Origin: an uncultured Alphaproteobacteria bacterium
GTDB taxonomy: Bacteria > Pseudomonadota > Alphaproteobacteria > Rhizobiales > Rhodomicrobiaceae
Reading direction: 5' to 3'
Length of the DNA stretch: 64,000 nucleotides
Assembly (NCBI GenBank): GCA_963817365.1
Contig: CAWFNZ010000004.1
Location: forward strand, 1,983,818 to 2,047,817
Part shown: positions 20,034 to 32,100 of the stretch, one piece after another
Position numbering within the stretch: position 1 is the first letter of the stretch
Layout: each line of letters opens with the position of its first letter
The notes under the pieces: model-generated
The model's input: only the letters and a program-made list of their open reading frames with translations
Told to the model about the DNA's origin: nothing
The model's database searches: none
Position numbers and translations under genes: made by a program

Positions 20034-20579
20034 TCAAGACTTTTTGGGCATCTTTTCAGATTCGAGGGCTTTGAGGGCTTCTTTGAAGCCTTTGAGGGAG
20101 AACTTGATATTGAGGTTCTGGCCGTTGATGAGGTGGATGTTTGCGAAGCCGGCCTGGCCCGATTTGAGGGCCTCAAGGGTTTTGGCGTCCAGCGAATGCT
20201 GGAGCCAGCAGCCTGCGTTGTTGCAGTTGCGATATTGCAGGCCGACCTTGGTTTGCTGGTCGATGGAGAGTTCGAGGCCGCCGGGCAGATAGACGTTCTG
20301 CGGCGCAAGCAGGGTAATGACGGTGCTTTTCTTTTTGTCTTGCGCGGTCTGGGAAACGGAGATTGTCAGCAGGTTGACGGTTTCCTGGCCTTGTTTGGTT
20401 TGCGCGATTTGGACGACTTCGCATTGAGTTTTGGGCTGGGGCTGATCTTTGCCGGCCTCGGGGGTGACGCAGCGATAAAACCAATCGTCGAACCGCTCCG
20501 ATTGGATGCGCGGCTCGGCGGACGCAGCTGCGGGAAGAAGGACACCCAAGCCAAGCGCGACGGCTGCGAAGACACGCAT
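20034..20579 (-). CDS. IalB (invasion-associated locus B) family protein
   Basis: Signal peptide; ERFDDWFYRC, CEVVQ, LLAPQNVYLPGGL, YRNCNNAGC, KFSLKGFKEAL. Confidence 0.85.
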   Translation of the reverse strand: MRVFAAVALGLGVLLPAAASAEPRIQSERFDDWFYRCVTPEAGKDQPQPKTQCEVVQIAQTKQGQETVNLLTISVSQTAQDKKKSTVITLLAPQNVYLPGGLELSIDQQTKVGLQYRNCNNAGCWLQHSLDAKTLEALKSGQAGFANIHLINGQNLNIKFSLKGFKEALKALESEKMPKKS

Positions 20580-21103
20580 CGTGACACTACTTTCCTATAG
20601 GCGACAGTTAGATGCTTTAAAGACACGCTTAACAAGGAAGCTTGCGCCTTGTCAAATTTTATGTGGCTTGCCGTCTGGCTAGCTAGTGCGCTGATTTGTA
20701 ATGCTAAACATGTGGCACGCCGGACATTCCGCCAACGGAGGCGTACCCGTTACAATTTGCCGCGAACTATTGCCATCGGCGTTTTAATGCTGTAGCTAAT
20801 AAATATAAGTGTATGTTCTAGTGGTTGCAAAGAGGAGAAGTTTGCAACTTACGAAGAAGAGGCCGCACGGGTAGGTAGTAACGCGGGATGGGGGCAACTA
20901 TACAACGGAACAACTACAAGTTGGTACACTAAAGCCGTATTCACGCGGCGATGCGCAGGCACAGCGCACTCTGAAGTTTGCAGAAGCATAGAGGTCTGCC
21001 TGAATGGCAGGTCATATAACGGGCCGGGCACACACGTTTCCGGGACACGGTAGAGTTGTGTTCGAGTTGCCTTTGGTATAAACGGGCGGGTTGGGGTTTT
21101 TGG

Positions 21104-22912
21104 ATGCGTATTTGTTCTGCGTGTGCAGCGTTCGTGCTGCCGGCTGGGGCGGTCAAAGTCTGGCGGTTACTGGCAACGCCTTTAGCTTTAGCATTGGGCC
21201 TTGCTTTGGGTATGGGCCAAGCGCGCGCGCAGCAGCCGCCCGTGCAAGGCGACGTCAATCAAATCATGCAGCAGCAGCGCCAGGTCATCCAGCAGCAGGA
21301 GCAGGCGCGCCGCGAGCAGTTCGAGAGGCAGCAGCGGACCCAGGCTCCGGCTGAGCAGGCTGCCCCCGCCGAGCCTCAAACCGCCGCGCAGACCTCGCAT
21401 TGCGTTACGGTCCGCAACTTCGTTTTCGAGGGGGCCGAGCACCTGGAGCAGAGTGTCAAACAGCAGGTGCAGAAGAGTTTCGGCGGAAAATGCATGACCA
21501 TCGTGGATATTCTCACGGTGGTGAAGACGGTTACCAACGTCTATGTCGGCGAGGGATATGTCACGACGCGCGTCTTCACGCCGGAGCAGGATCTCTCCAA
21601 GGGCACGCTTCGCTTCAAGGTCATCGAAGGGCGTACACAGAGCGTAAATCTTAGCGACAACGGCCAGGAACGCGCCGGCCTCGACACGGCCTTTCCCTTC
21701 CTCGTAGGCGAGCGCCTCTATATCCGCGATATCGAGCAGGGCCTCGACCAGATCAACCGCATCCCAGGGTTCGAGGCGAAAATCAAGATTCTGCCCGGCG
21801 AGGGCGAGGGCGAAAGCAAGATCGTGGTCGATGCGAAGCATCCCTTCCTGCCGCTCGTCACCAACACGATCGATAATCTGGGCTTGAAAACCACCGGCGA
21901 ATGGGAGATTGGCACGACCATTACGATGGGCGACCTTCTCGGGCTTTACGATAGCTGGTCGGTGGGCTACAAATCCAGCTCTCAAATCTACGACGGAAAG
22001 ATCGGATCGGACCAGTATAACGCGAGTGTTTCAGTGCCTTACGGCTACTGGACTCTGACGCTGTCCGGAAACTATTTCGACTATAAGTCGATACTCCCGA
22101 ACACCAATTACCCGGTCCTCTCGACCGGTGACAGCATATACGCGACGGCCGATCTCGAACGGGTTATCTACAGGGACCAAGACAGCAAGACCCGGGTCGA
22201 TGCGTTCATCAACTACAAGGATGTTGCGAATTTCTACAACGATGTGGAGACGGAGACTGGCAGCCGCAAGCTGAACGTCTTGGGTATCCGCTTGTCGCAG
22301 ACGCAGCGCATTTTCGGCGGGCTGTTCGATGGGGACATCAACGCCCAGTTCGGCGTACCGATGTTCGGCACGCTCACGGATGCGGACTCGCTGCCGGGCA
22401 CCGTGCAGAAGGCCCAATTCAGCAAGCTCGCGGGCGATTTAAGCTTCTACCGGCCCCTCGATCTGAGCAGCCTCGGCATGAAGGATGTGCATCTCGCGTA
22501 CAGCTTCAAGGCGTCGGGCCAGTACACGCAGGACGTGCTCTACAACACCGAGCAGCTGACGATGGGCGGCTTCTACACGGTGCGCGGCTTCAAGACGCAA
22601 AGCCTTAGCGGCGACAGTGGCGCCTTTACGCGCAACGAGCTGATCTACACCATGCCTTATTTGCTGCCGGACGAGTTCAAATCGGCCTTCGCGCAGGTGG
22701 ACCTGTTTGCCGGCCTCGACGCGGGCGGGTTCTTGCCGAGCAAATATGATCCCACCCAATCCGGGATGATGAGCGGTATCGCGGCCGGCATGCGGCTTAG
22801 CAAGGGGCCGCTGTTCGGCGAGGTCTCCTACGAGCGTCCGCTTTCGGCTCCCGAGTTCATTCCAATGCAGGACCAACTCGTTGTGCAGGCAGGGCTGCTC
22901 TACAAATGGTGA
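21104..22912 (+). CDS. ShlB/FhaC/CdiB-family two-partner secretion transporter
   Basis: POTRA (YVGEGYVTTR; IRDIEQGLDQINR), NTIDNLG, GGFYTVRGF motif, C-terminal aromatic residue; start uncertain. Confidence 0.93.
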   Translation: MRICSACAAFVLPAGAVKVWRLLATPLALALGLALGMGQARAQQPPVQGDVNQIMQQQRQVIQQQEQARREQFERQQRTQAPAEQAAPAEPQTAAQTSHCVTVRNFVFEGAEHLEQSVKQQVQKSFGGKCMTIVDILTVVKTVTNVYVGEGYVTTRVFTPEQDLSKGTLRFKVIEGRTQSVNLSDNGQERAGLDTAFPFLVGERLYIRDIEQGLDQINRIPGFEAKIKILPGEGEGESKIVVDAKHPFLPLVTNTIDNLGLKTTGEWEIGTTITMGDLLGLYDSWSVGYKSSSQIYDGKIGSDQYNASVSVPYGYWTLTLSGNYFDYKSILPNTNYPVLSTGDSIYATADLERVIYRDQDSKTRVDAFINYKDVANFYNDVETETGSRKLNVLGIRLSQTQRIFGGLFDGDINAQFGVPMFGTLTDADSLPGTVQKAQFSKLAGDLSFYRPLDLSSLGMKDVHLAYSFKASGQYTQDVLYNTEQLTMGGFYTVRGFKTQSLSGDSGAFTRNELIYTMPYLLPDEFKSAFAQVDLFAGLDAGGFLPSKYDPTQSGMMSGIAAGMRLSKGPLFGEVSYERPLSAPEFIPMQDQLVVQAGLLYKW

Positions 22913-22995
22913 CGCGCGGCGCTTCCGCTATTGCAACTGGCGCCCCGTCCGAGGCAGGCGCCGCTGAAAAGGTTCAAAAGGGTTTGGTGAGTACG

Positions 22996-25566
22996 ATGTC
23001 GAAGATCGAAAGCTTTTCAAAAGCGTTTGCTTCGGGGCTGCCAGCAGTCGCGGCGGTAGCCTTCGCGGGATTGCTGCTGGCGCCGGGGGCAGCCCTGGGG
23101 CAAACCCCCAATCAGTCGGCAGTTAACAGCTCCTCGGGCCCGGCGCCGATCGTCAATATTGCTACCCCAAACACCCCGGGGGGCGTCTCGCACAATATTT
23201 ACCCCGGTTTCAACGTCTATTCCAACGGCGTCATTCTCAACAACAGCGCCACGGGAGGCACGTCATCGGCCGGGACCAACAAGATTACAGTTACAGGAAA
23301 TACCAATCTTACCGGAGGCACCGCCGGTTTGATCCTGAACGAGGTTACGAGCACAGGCGGGGCATCTACGCTGGCCGGCTTGCTTGAGGTCTTCGGCACC
23401 AAGGCCGATGTCATTGTGGCCAATCCGAACGGCGTCACCTGCGATGGCTGCGGCTTCATAAACACCCCGCGCGTGACCTTGACGACGGGCACGCCAAATA
23501 TTGACTCTGGTGGGGCGCTCACCGGCTTCACGGTTGGCACCAGCAACCAGGTAATCATCGGCGGCAATGGAGCCGATATCTCGGGCCTGCAGACATATTC
23601 CAATAATAACGGGAACGTGCCGACATATTTCGACGTGATCGCGAGCTCGATTTCGGTGCAAGGCAAGATCGGAACGTCCGGCGCTAACCAATCGGTCGAG
23701 ATCGGCCTGTTCGCCGGGAGCGACTTCAATTACAACTCGCGCACGGTGGCGGGCTCCACCTCTAGTGCGCCGGCAGTTGCCATCGATTCCAGCGCGGTGG
23801 GCGGAGCTTACGCGGGCAGGATTCAGCTCATCTCCACGCAGGACGGTGCCGGTGTCAAAACCCCCACCATGCAGACGGGCAGCGGCGGCATCACCATCAA
23901 CGCGAAGGGCCAGATCGTCTTCAACAATGCCGCTCAGGGGGGCACGGGCGGCATCACGGCCGACTCGAGCGGCTCGAACGGCGGTATTTCAGTAAATAAC
24001 TCGGTTTCGTCGCAGGGTATCACCAAGCTCACCTCTTCGGGAGACTTGACCAACGCCAATGCGATCTCTGGGCAGTCGGTTACACTGACGGCCTCGGGCA
24101 AGCTGGTTAATCAGACCACCAGCTCCAGCGTCACTTCCACCCAGGACATGACGCTTTCCGCGAACGCGCTCAACAACGCGGGTAGCATCTCCGCTGGCAC
24201 CACGCTTGGCGTGACCGCAACGGTTGATTTGACCAACACCGGGCAAATCACCGGGCAAACCACCGGGCCGGGCATCACCACCGTCTCGACCACCGCGGGA
24301 GACTTGACCAACTCCAACGTCATCTCGGGTAAGACGCTGAAACTTGCCGCTTCGGGAACCTTTAAGAACCTGGCGGGCGGCCACGTGACCTCCACCCAGG
24401 ATATGACGCTTTCCGCGAACACCCTCAACAACGATGACACCATTCAAGCCGGCACCACGCTTGGGGTGACCGCCGCCAATTTGACCAATACTGGCACCGT
24501 TTCGGGCCAGTCGATGAACCTTGGCGTTTCGGGCACGCTGGACAACCAGGCAACGCTCACCACCACCACCGGCGATATGACGCTTTCCGCAAATACGCTG
24601 ACCAACGAGGGCGGCATCGCTGCGGGCACCACGCCTGGTGCGAACACCACGCTTGGGGTGACCGCGGCCAAGTTGACCAATACTGGTACCGTTTCGGGCC
24701 AGTCGATGAGCCTTGGCGTTTCGGGCACTCTGGACAACCAGGCAACCGGCAAGCTTAGCTCCAGCGCCGACATGACGCTTTCCGCGAATGACCTCACCAA
24801 CGCGGGCAAAATCAACGCCGGCACCACGCTCGGCGTGACCACAGGGGGCGATCTGACCAACATCGGGCAAATCACCGCCAACCAAGACGCCACGCTCAAA
24901 GTTCACGGCACCCTGACGAACGGCACCTCGCCAACCCCCGTCAACGCCACGATCCACGCGGGCGGCACGCTTAATATCCAGGCCGCCGTGCTCAAGAATC
25001 TTGGCGGCATGGACATCACCTTGCCGCGCGGAGAACTCTCCGGCCTGTACCTCATCATCAACGCCGGTAATGTGCAGAACTCGGGCAACCTGTTTGCCAC
25101 CAAAGACATGACCATCGGCTCGACCGGCGACATAGTGAACGAGATGGGCTGGATCAAGGTTGGCGGCTACCTCTCTATCACCGCCGGCGGTAATTTCGAT
25201 AACATCGTAGGCATGATCCAAGCCAGCAGCGCCAACATCAACGCCCAGACCATGGAGAACGTCGTGCTGGTCCGCCTCGACGACGATCAGCTCCTCCCGA
25301 AGAGAAACCACAACGTTCTTAGGGCGATCACCAGCCAGAGCGTCGCTCAGGCCGTTGCGGGCTGGGACAAGTCCGTGCTGGCCAAGTTCGGGACCGTGGA
25401 CAACAAGGCGCTGGACACGCTCCGCCTGCAGCTTGGCGACCCCTTCTTGATACAGCAAAAACAGCAGCAGCAGGGCAAGGGCGCAGGCAACTTCCCGCAG
25501 CCAGGCCAGGGCGCGAGCGCCAAGCGCGCCGATGCAGCGGCGGGGGCACGGCCCACGGCCTTTTAG
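22996..25566 (+). CDS. Short TpsA exoprotein with filamentous-haemagglutinin N-terminal domain (~856 aa)
   Basis: Signal peptide, SHNIY, LILNEV, VANPNG, CDGCGFINTPR; FHA-type LTNxG repeats; no toxin domain recognised. Confidence 0.88.
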   Translation: MSKIESFSKAFASGLPAVAAVAFAGLLLAPGAALGQTPNQSAVNSSSGPAPIVNIATPNTPGGVSHNIYPGFNVYSNGVILNNSATGGTSSAGTNKITVTGNTNLTGGTAGLILNEVTSTGGASTLAGLLEVFGTKADVIVANPNGVTCDGCGFINTPRVTLTTGTPNIDSGGALTGFTVGTSNQVIIGGNGADISGLQTYSNNNGNVPTYFDVIASSISVQGKIGTSGANQSVEIGLFAGSDFNYNSRTVAGSTSSAPAVAIDSSAVGGAYAGRIQLISTQDGAGVKTPTMQTGSGGITINAKGQIVFNNAAQGGTGGITADSSGSNGGISVNNSVSSQGITKLTSSGDLTNANAISGQSVTLTASGKLVNQTTSSSVTSTQDMTLSANALNNAGSISAGTTLGVTATVDLTNTGQITGQTTGPGITTVSTTAGDLTNSNVISGKTLKLAASGTFKNLAGGHVTSTQDMTLSANTLNNDDTIQAGTTLGVTAANLTNTGTVSGQSMNLGVSGTLDNQATLTTTTGDMTLSANTLTNEGGIAAGTTPGANTTLGVTAAKLTNTGTVSGQSMSLGVSGTLDNQATGKLSSSADMTLSANDLTNAGKINAGTTLGVTTGGDLTNIGQITANQDATLKVHGTLTNGTSPTPVNATIHAGGTLNIQAAVLKNLGGMDITLPRGELSGLYLIINAGNVQNSGNLFATKDMTIGSTGDIVNEMGWIKVGGYLSITAGGNFDNIVGMIQASSANINAQTMENVVLVRLDDDQLLPKRNHNVLRAITSQSVAQAVAGWDKSVLAKFGTVDNKALDTLRLQLGDPFLIQQKQQQQGKGAGNFPQPGQGASAKRADAAAGARPTAF

Positions 25567-25569
25567 GCC

Positions 25570-25690
25570 TCTTTCCGGATTGAAGAACCTCAAGGGCTTC
25601 ATTGAAGCCCTTGAGGGAGAGCTTGAAATTTAGATTTTGGCCGTTCAGGCAGTGGATGTTTGTTAAGCCGGCCTAACCCGATTTGAGAGG
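25570..25690 (-). pseudogene. Remnant of a second ialB copy (3' end)
   Basis: ...TTGAAGCCCTTGAGGGAGAGCTTGAAATTTAGATTTTGGCCGTT...CCGATTTGAG aligns with ialB 20050-20170. Confidence 0.75.
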
Positions 25691-26184
25691 GAGCTGGGTT
25701 GGCGGCAGGGTTATGCCGGACCCGTCAGCCTGCTTTATTGCGGGCCGCCTTGTTCCGCCGGCCGATGAAAAGATCGACGCTCGCGGTTCGGCTAGTGCAT
25801 TGTTTTACCGTTATAAATACCAACTCCACCTATCTGTGGCAGCAGTCCACTGATAGTTACAACTTGGCGCAAACTATTGCCAATCGCGCCCCAATACCGT
25901 AGTTTCAGAAAATAGGTTCCTTAGTTCCGGAGATCGCGGGCGGGGCCGCATTGCAACGTGACGGTGATGCGCGCGCCTATCAGGCGATCGTATTTGCGGC
26001 GCGCGGGCAGCGCGTATGCTCAACGGATTTTGCCCCCCGCGGCTCCGCGCGCAGGCGGGCCTAACTTACAAGCGGTGACGCGGCGGGCCCTTGAGGGGCC
26101 TTGTGCCGCGCTTCAGCTACAGCAATCGGCGGGCAGGCTAAGGCCGGGCGCCCCGGTAACCAGAACAAGGGTTTGGTGAGGACG

Positions 26185-29100
26185 ATGGGCAAGACCGGGG
26201 GCTTCTCGAAGGCGTTTGGTTTAAGGCGGGCGGCGGTTCTGGCGGCAGCCTTGGCGGGTTTGCTGCTGGCGCTGGAGGTGTCCGCCCAGGGCGTCAAGCC
26301 CAGCACCACCGCGCCCAAGGCCAACCAGCCCACGGCTGGCAGCACCACCACTTCGAGCACCGGCAAGTCCGTCCCCAGCATCAACATCGTGGCCCCCAAC
26401 AGCAAGGGCGTCTCGCACAATATTTACAACCAATTCAACGTCGGCCCGAATGGCCTCATCCTCAACAACGCCACCCAGGCGGGCCAGTCCCAGATCGGCG
26501 GCCAGCTTGGCGCCAATCCCAATTTCACCGGCGGGAACTACGCCCACCTGATCCTGAACGAGGTCACCGGCGGCAGCGCCTCCTCGCTGCAGGGCTATAT
26601 CGAGATCTTCGGCCACAGCGCCGATTTCATCCTGGCCAATCCGGCCGGCGTCACCTGCAACGGCTGCGGCTTCATCAACACGCCGCGCGTGACCCTGACG
26701 ACGGGCACGCCGAACCTCGACGCCAATGGCGGGCTCTCCGGCTTCACGGTTGGCGGCAGCGGCCAGATCAGCATCGAGGGCGCCGTCGATATCACGGGCG
26801 TGCGGTATTTCGACGTGGCCGCGCGCTCGATCTTCGTGGGCGGAGAGATCGGCGACAGCGCCATGCAGGCCGAAGTGGGCCTGTTCGCCGGGCGCAACAA
26901 CTTCGATTACAACGCGCGCACCGCGGCGGCGCTTGCCGATGACGGCTCCGCGAAGCCTGCCTTCGGCATCGACGCGAGCGCGGGCAGCATCAAAGCAGGC
27001 AAGATCGCGGCCGTCAGCACCGAGAAGGGCGTTGGCACGCGCACCGGCAATTTGCAGGCGGGTGCCGGCGGTATGATGCTGACCGCGGACGGCAAGCTCG
27101 TGCTGGGCAAGACGCAGTCGCAGGGCGCGATTTCCGCCAAGTCGGTCTCGGGCGATATTCAGATCGCGGGTCCGCTCTGGTCGCAGGCCTCGCTCGATCT
27201 TTGGGCGGGCGGCAATATCGGCCTGCTCGCCCAGGTCTCGGCCGGGGCGCTGGGCAACGTGAGCGTCACCGCGCAGGGCCTTACCTTGAACGCCGGCGCG
27301 GTGCTGGGCGCCGGCCTCGATGCCGCAACGGGCAATTTTACCGGCGGCGGCGCGCTGACCGTCGCGGCGGCGAGCCTTTGGAACGCGGGCACGGTACGCG
27401 CCACCCAGAACGTGACGCTTGGGCTTACGGGCGTGTTGAACAACCAGGCCACGGGCACGATCCACGCGGATGGCACGCTCACCGTCAATGCCGCCTCGCT
27501 TGAGAACTACGGCAGCGCAAACCCGGGCGGGCCGCAGGGCGAGATCTCCGGCCAGATGCTTGTGGTCAACGCTGGCGATATCGCGAACGCGGGCAAGCTG
27601 CTGGCCAGCCAGGCCCTGACCATCGCCTCGTCCGGCCAGGTGATGAACGCGCTGGGCACGATCCAGGCCGGCGGCAGGCTCTCGATTGCCGCCGCGGGCA
27701 ATGTCGAGAACCTGTCGGGCGCGATCCAGGGCCAGGATGTCGCGATCAACGCCCAGACCATCGATAATTTGACGCTGGTGAGCCGCAACGGCCAGCTGAC
27801 GCTGCCCACGGAGTTCGCGGGCGCGTCGAGCCAGAGCTTGCAGGCCCTGTTCGGAACCCAGAACGGCGCGTTCCTGAACGGCCTTGGCGTGCCGCTTGGC
27901 GGGGCGGCCGCTGCCACCCCGAAGACGGTCTCCTGGTTCGGGCTGGACCTTGCCGCCGCAAGCCAAGGCTCCTTCACCGGCACCGCGGCCCAGCAGGCAG
28001 CGATCGGCGCCACGAACGGCGTGACCCTCAACGCCAGCAAAGACATTAACAGCGTGGGCGGCAAGCTCAGCGCGGGCACGGACCTCAACCTCAATGCGGG
28101 CGGCAGCGTCAGCATCCAGGCCGCGGAGCTGACCGGCACGTCGTCGAGCACCACCCATCTGGGGTCGGCGCTCACCGCCGGCGGCAGCGTCACCGTCAAT
28201 GCGGGCGGCGATGTCACCATCCAGGGCTCCACCGTCACCGCGGGCAAGAATGCCCAGATCGACGCGCAAGGCCAGGTGACGCTCCTGGGGGTCCAGGACG
28301 AGGTCAAAACGGACACCCGTCACACAAGTTGCGGCTGGTTCGGCCTCGACTGCAGCAGCTCGGGCAGCGTCAGCGATACGGTCACCGCTCTTGCCGCCAC
28401 CGTCAATGCGGGCGGCTGGATCGCGATCAAGGGCAAGGACATTGCCGGCAACGGCGCCAATATCGGCGCCCAGGGCAGCGTCACCCTGACCGCTTCGGGC
28501 TCCGTGGTGAACATGCTGGGCACCATTGCGGCCGGCGGCGGCGTCACGATCAACGCGGGCGGCAATTTCGAGAACCTGTCGGGCACCGTGCAGGGCCAGG
28601 ACGTCACGGTCAACGCCCAGACCATCGAGAACGTCACGCTGGTGCGCCGCGATGGCCAGTTGCTCTTGCCAGCCGAATATGCGGCCCTGCTCAAGATCGA
28701 TACCAGCCCAAGCGCCAGCGCGGCCCTTCCGGGCGTGCTGGCCCTGCTGAGCAGTCAGAACAGCACGCTTCTGAGCGCCTTTGGGGTCTCCGGCATCGCC
28801 GCCAGCAGCGCCCACACCGATGTGGCCGCCCAGCAGGCGGGGATCAGCGCCACCAATGGTATCACCCTCAACGCCCGCCAGGACATCAACAATGTGGGCG
28901 GCAAGCTCACCGCCACCAATGGCGATCTGGCGCTCAATGCGGGAGGCAATGTCAACGTCCAGGCCCAGGAGCTGAGCACCGTCCAGGACGCTAACAACTC
29001 GACAACCACCCATGTGAAGTCCGCGCTCTCGGCCGGCGGCAACATCACCATCAATGCGGGCGGCGATGCCACCATCCAGGCCACGGATATCAAGTCGGGC

Positions 29101-32100
29101 AAGAACACCGCGATCAACGCGCAAGGGGCGGTGACGCTTGGGGCGGCCCAGGACGAGACCAAGACATACTCCTCGCATCACAGTTGCGACTGGTTCGGCT
29201 GGAGCTGCTCCAGCTCGTCCACCAGCACCGACAACGTGATTGCGGTTACCACCACCATCAATTCGGGCGGCTGGGTCCAGGTGGAGAGCAAGACCAAGGA
29301 CATCCAGGCCACCGCCACCACGGTCAACGCGCAAGGCTACATCAAGCTGCTGGCGGATCTCGGCAATGTGATCCAGCAGGCAGGGCAGAACAGCAGCTAC
29401 TCGCATAGCTCCGGCAGCGACAGCCAGTGGTGGGGGCTCACCGGCTCCTCGCACTCCAGCACCGACAGTTCGACAACCATCGCGCCCTCTTTCGTCTCCG
29501 CCGTGGGCGACGTCCAGATCGTCGCGCATGCGGACTTCGTGCTCAAGGGCTCGGGCGTAAAGGCCGGCGGCAGCATCTTCATCACCGCCCAGAACATCGA
29601 CCTCATCGCACTGCAGAACACCACCTACCACTCCCAGATGGACGAGAACTGGGGCTTCTACGCAAGCGCCAGCGCGCAGTCGGGCAGCGCCAGCGTGGGC
29701 GTGGGCTGGCAGGACACGAAGACCACCAGCTCCACCACGGAGGGCCTCGCCCAGGTGTCGACCCTTGAGGCGGGCGGCGATATCGCCATCAACGCCAAGG
29801 GCGACATCAATTCGCAGGGCGCCATCGTGGCGGCCTCGGGCGACATCACCGCGGTGGCGGGCGGCGATATCAACCTGACGGCCGCCTACGACACCTACAC
29901 GGCAACGAGCAGCAAGACCTCCACGCAGATCGGCCTCACGCTCTCGGCCAACGAGAACGTCAGCTCGGCGATCAAGACCTTCGAGAACGCGCCCCAGGCC
30001 TTCAACGCGGGCCAGGGGAGTGCCACCAACAAGGGGATTACCCAGGCCTCCGAGGCGCTGCAACTCGTCGAGACCGCCGCCAACCTGGTCTTCGGGCAGC
30101 TGGTCTCGGTCAGCGCCAGCATCGGCTTCTCGCATAGCACCTCGGAGTCGAGCCTGACCGAGCACCTGGCGCATGCGGGCTACTGGGTGGCGGGCAACGA
30201 CGTCTCGATCGCCTCCGGCAACAATGTGAACATCGAGGGCACGGTGAGCCAGGCCGGGCGCTGCCTTTCGGTCGCCGCGGCCAACAACCTCACCATCCAG
30301 TCCGCGCTCTCGACGGTCGACCAGAAGACTTCCTTCCAATCGGAAAGTGCGAGCGTCGGGGTCTCCTTCGGCGTGGGCCTGACGGGGTTTTCGCTCGCGG
30401 GGAACGCCAGCGTTGGCTTCCAGACCGGCGACAGCTCCATGCACCAGGTCACCAATGTCATGTCGCAGCTCTCGGGCGGCACGGTGACGCTGAAGTCAGG
30501 ACGCGATACCACCGTGGCGGGCGCAACGGTCACCGGCGGCACGGTCACCGCCGATGTGGGCGGCAACCTCTCCGTCGAAAGCCGGCAGGATACGCTCACC
30601 TCGCGCAACAGCCAGACCGGGTTCAGCCTCGGCATCGGCATCGGGCTCGGCAGCGTGTCGTCCACCGCGGGGCCGGGCAGCTACGCCCCCAACACCAATT
30701 TCCTGAGCGATACCGGCGCCATGTTCAGCAACGCCGGCAGCTTCCTCGCCAGTGGCGGCCCCTTCGGGAATGCCGGCCCGGGTTCGCTCACCAATGCCGG
30801 CAACGGCAATGCCCCGCTCAAGAACACCGGCAGCATCGGCTTCACCTATGTGCGCGGCTCCGAGGACAAGGCCTGGACCAACAACCTGACCACGATTAAC
30901 GGCACCAGCGGTACCACGCTTAACGTGGCCGGCAATACCAATGTGAAGGGCGCCGTCATCGAAAGCAGCGGGGGTGGCCCGCTTGCCGTCAACACCGGGA
31001 CCTTCACCTACCAGGACATCCACGATTACGACAAGACGCAATACATCAACGCCAGCTTCAACGTCACGATCCCGCTGGGCAGCTTCGACTGGCAGAAGAA
31101 TGCGCCCGCCCCCGGCGGAGCGCCTACCGCCGTGGCGCCGCCGCCCCCGCCCACGCCGTCCATGCTGGCGCAGCTTGGTCAGGGGCTGGCCCAGGTTGGC
31201 CAGTACCTGGGGCAGTATCCCACCAAGTTCCAGCTTGCCTACAAGGCCACGGATAAGGAAGGCATAACCTACGCCACGGTTGGGGCAGGCAGCATCAACG
31301 TCAGCGATACCGCCAAGCAGGCGGCGCTTGAGAAGAGCGGCGCAACGGGCCCGCTCGCCAAGCTCAACCGCGATGTGACCAAGACGCAGATCGTCACCAA
31401 GAACACGACCGAGGCCTTCAACATCTTCGTGTCAACTCAGGCGCTTGGAACCATCGCGACGCTCGCCTCGAAGGCGGCCCTCTTCATCGACGATATGGTG
31501 AACAAAGCGATCCTGACGGTTGACGAAGGCGCACGGGTTAAAAAGATTCTCGATTATATCGCAGCAAACGGCATGCCTGCGGCTATTTGCGATGGCCCCG
31601 GAGGATCGGCGGCGCCGGGGCAAAGCGGCTTTCTGGATAAGTTGCGCGGATTCATCATAGCGCCAGCTTATGCTGCGAATGCCCTAACCGGTTGTCAGCT
31701 GTATTTCACTAACAGCAGATACTACACTACCGACCCTGCGGCTTGGGAAACCGCCCGATGGACCATAACGAATGAAGCAGCTCAGACTTTAAGTCCTGAA
31801 AATCTGGCCCGATATAACGATCTTCAGGCGCAAGTCGACAGCGGCCAGATTTCCTCTAACAATCCAGACTACGTCAATCTCAAACAACAACTTCTCGTTG
31901 CTGCTTCCATTTATGAACTCTGCAACACCGACCCCGGCTCATTGAGGGCTTCTGGCGTATTCAACTCGGCGCCAAGCCTTTATAACGACGTCCTGTTTGC
32001 GGAATCCGTCCGGCGTGGCGGCGACCTCCTTGCCACCAGGATGGCGAGCGGAGATCTGGCAATCGGTGAATACTGGAGAGCTGTCCTGCTCCCACTTGCC

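Noticed and set aside
26221-30444. 1407-aa minus-strand ORF
   Set aside because: Antisense shadow of tpsA2 caused by GC-rich codon bias; the same applies to 23989-25602, 34811-35890 and 10012-11361.
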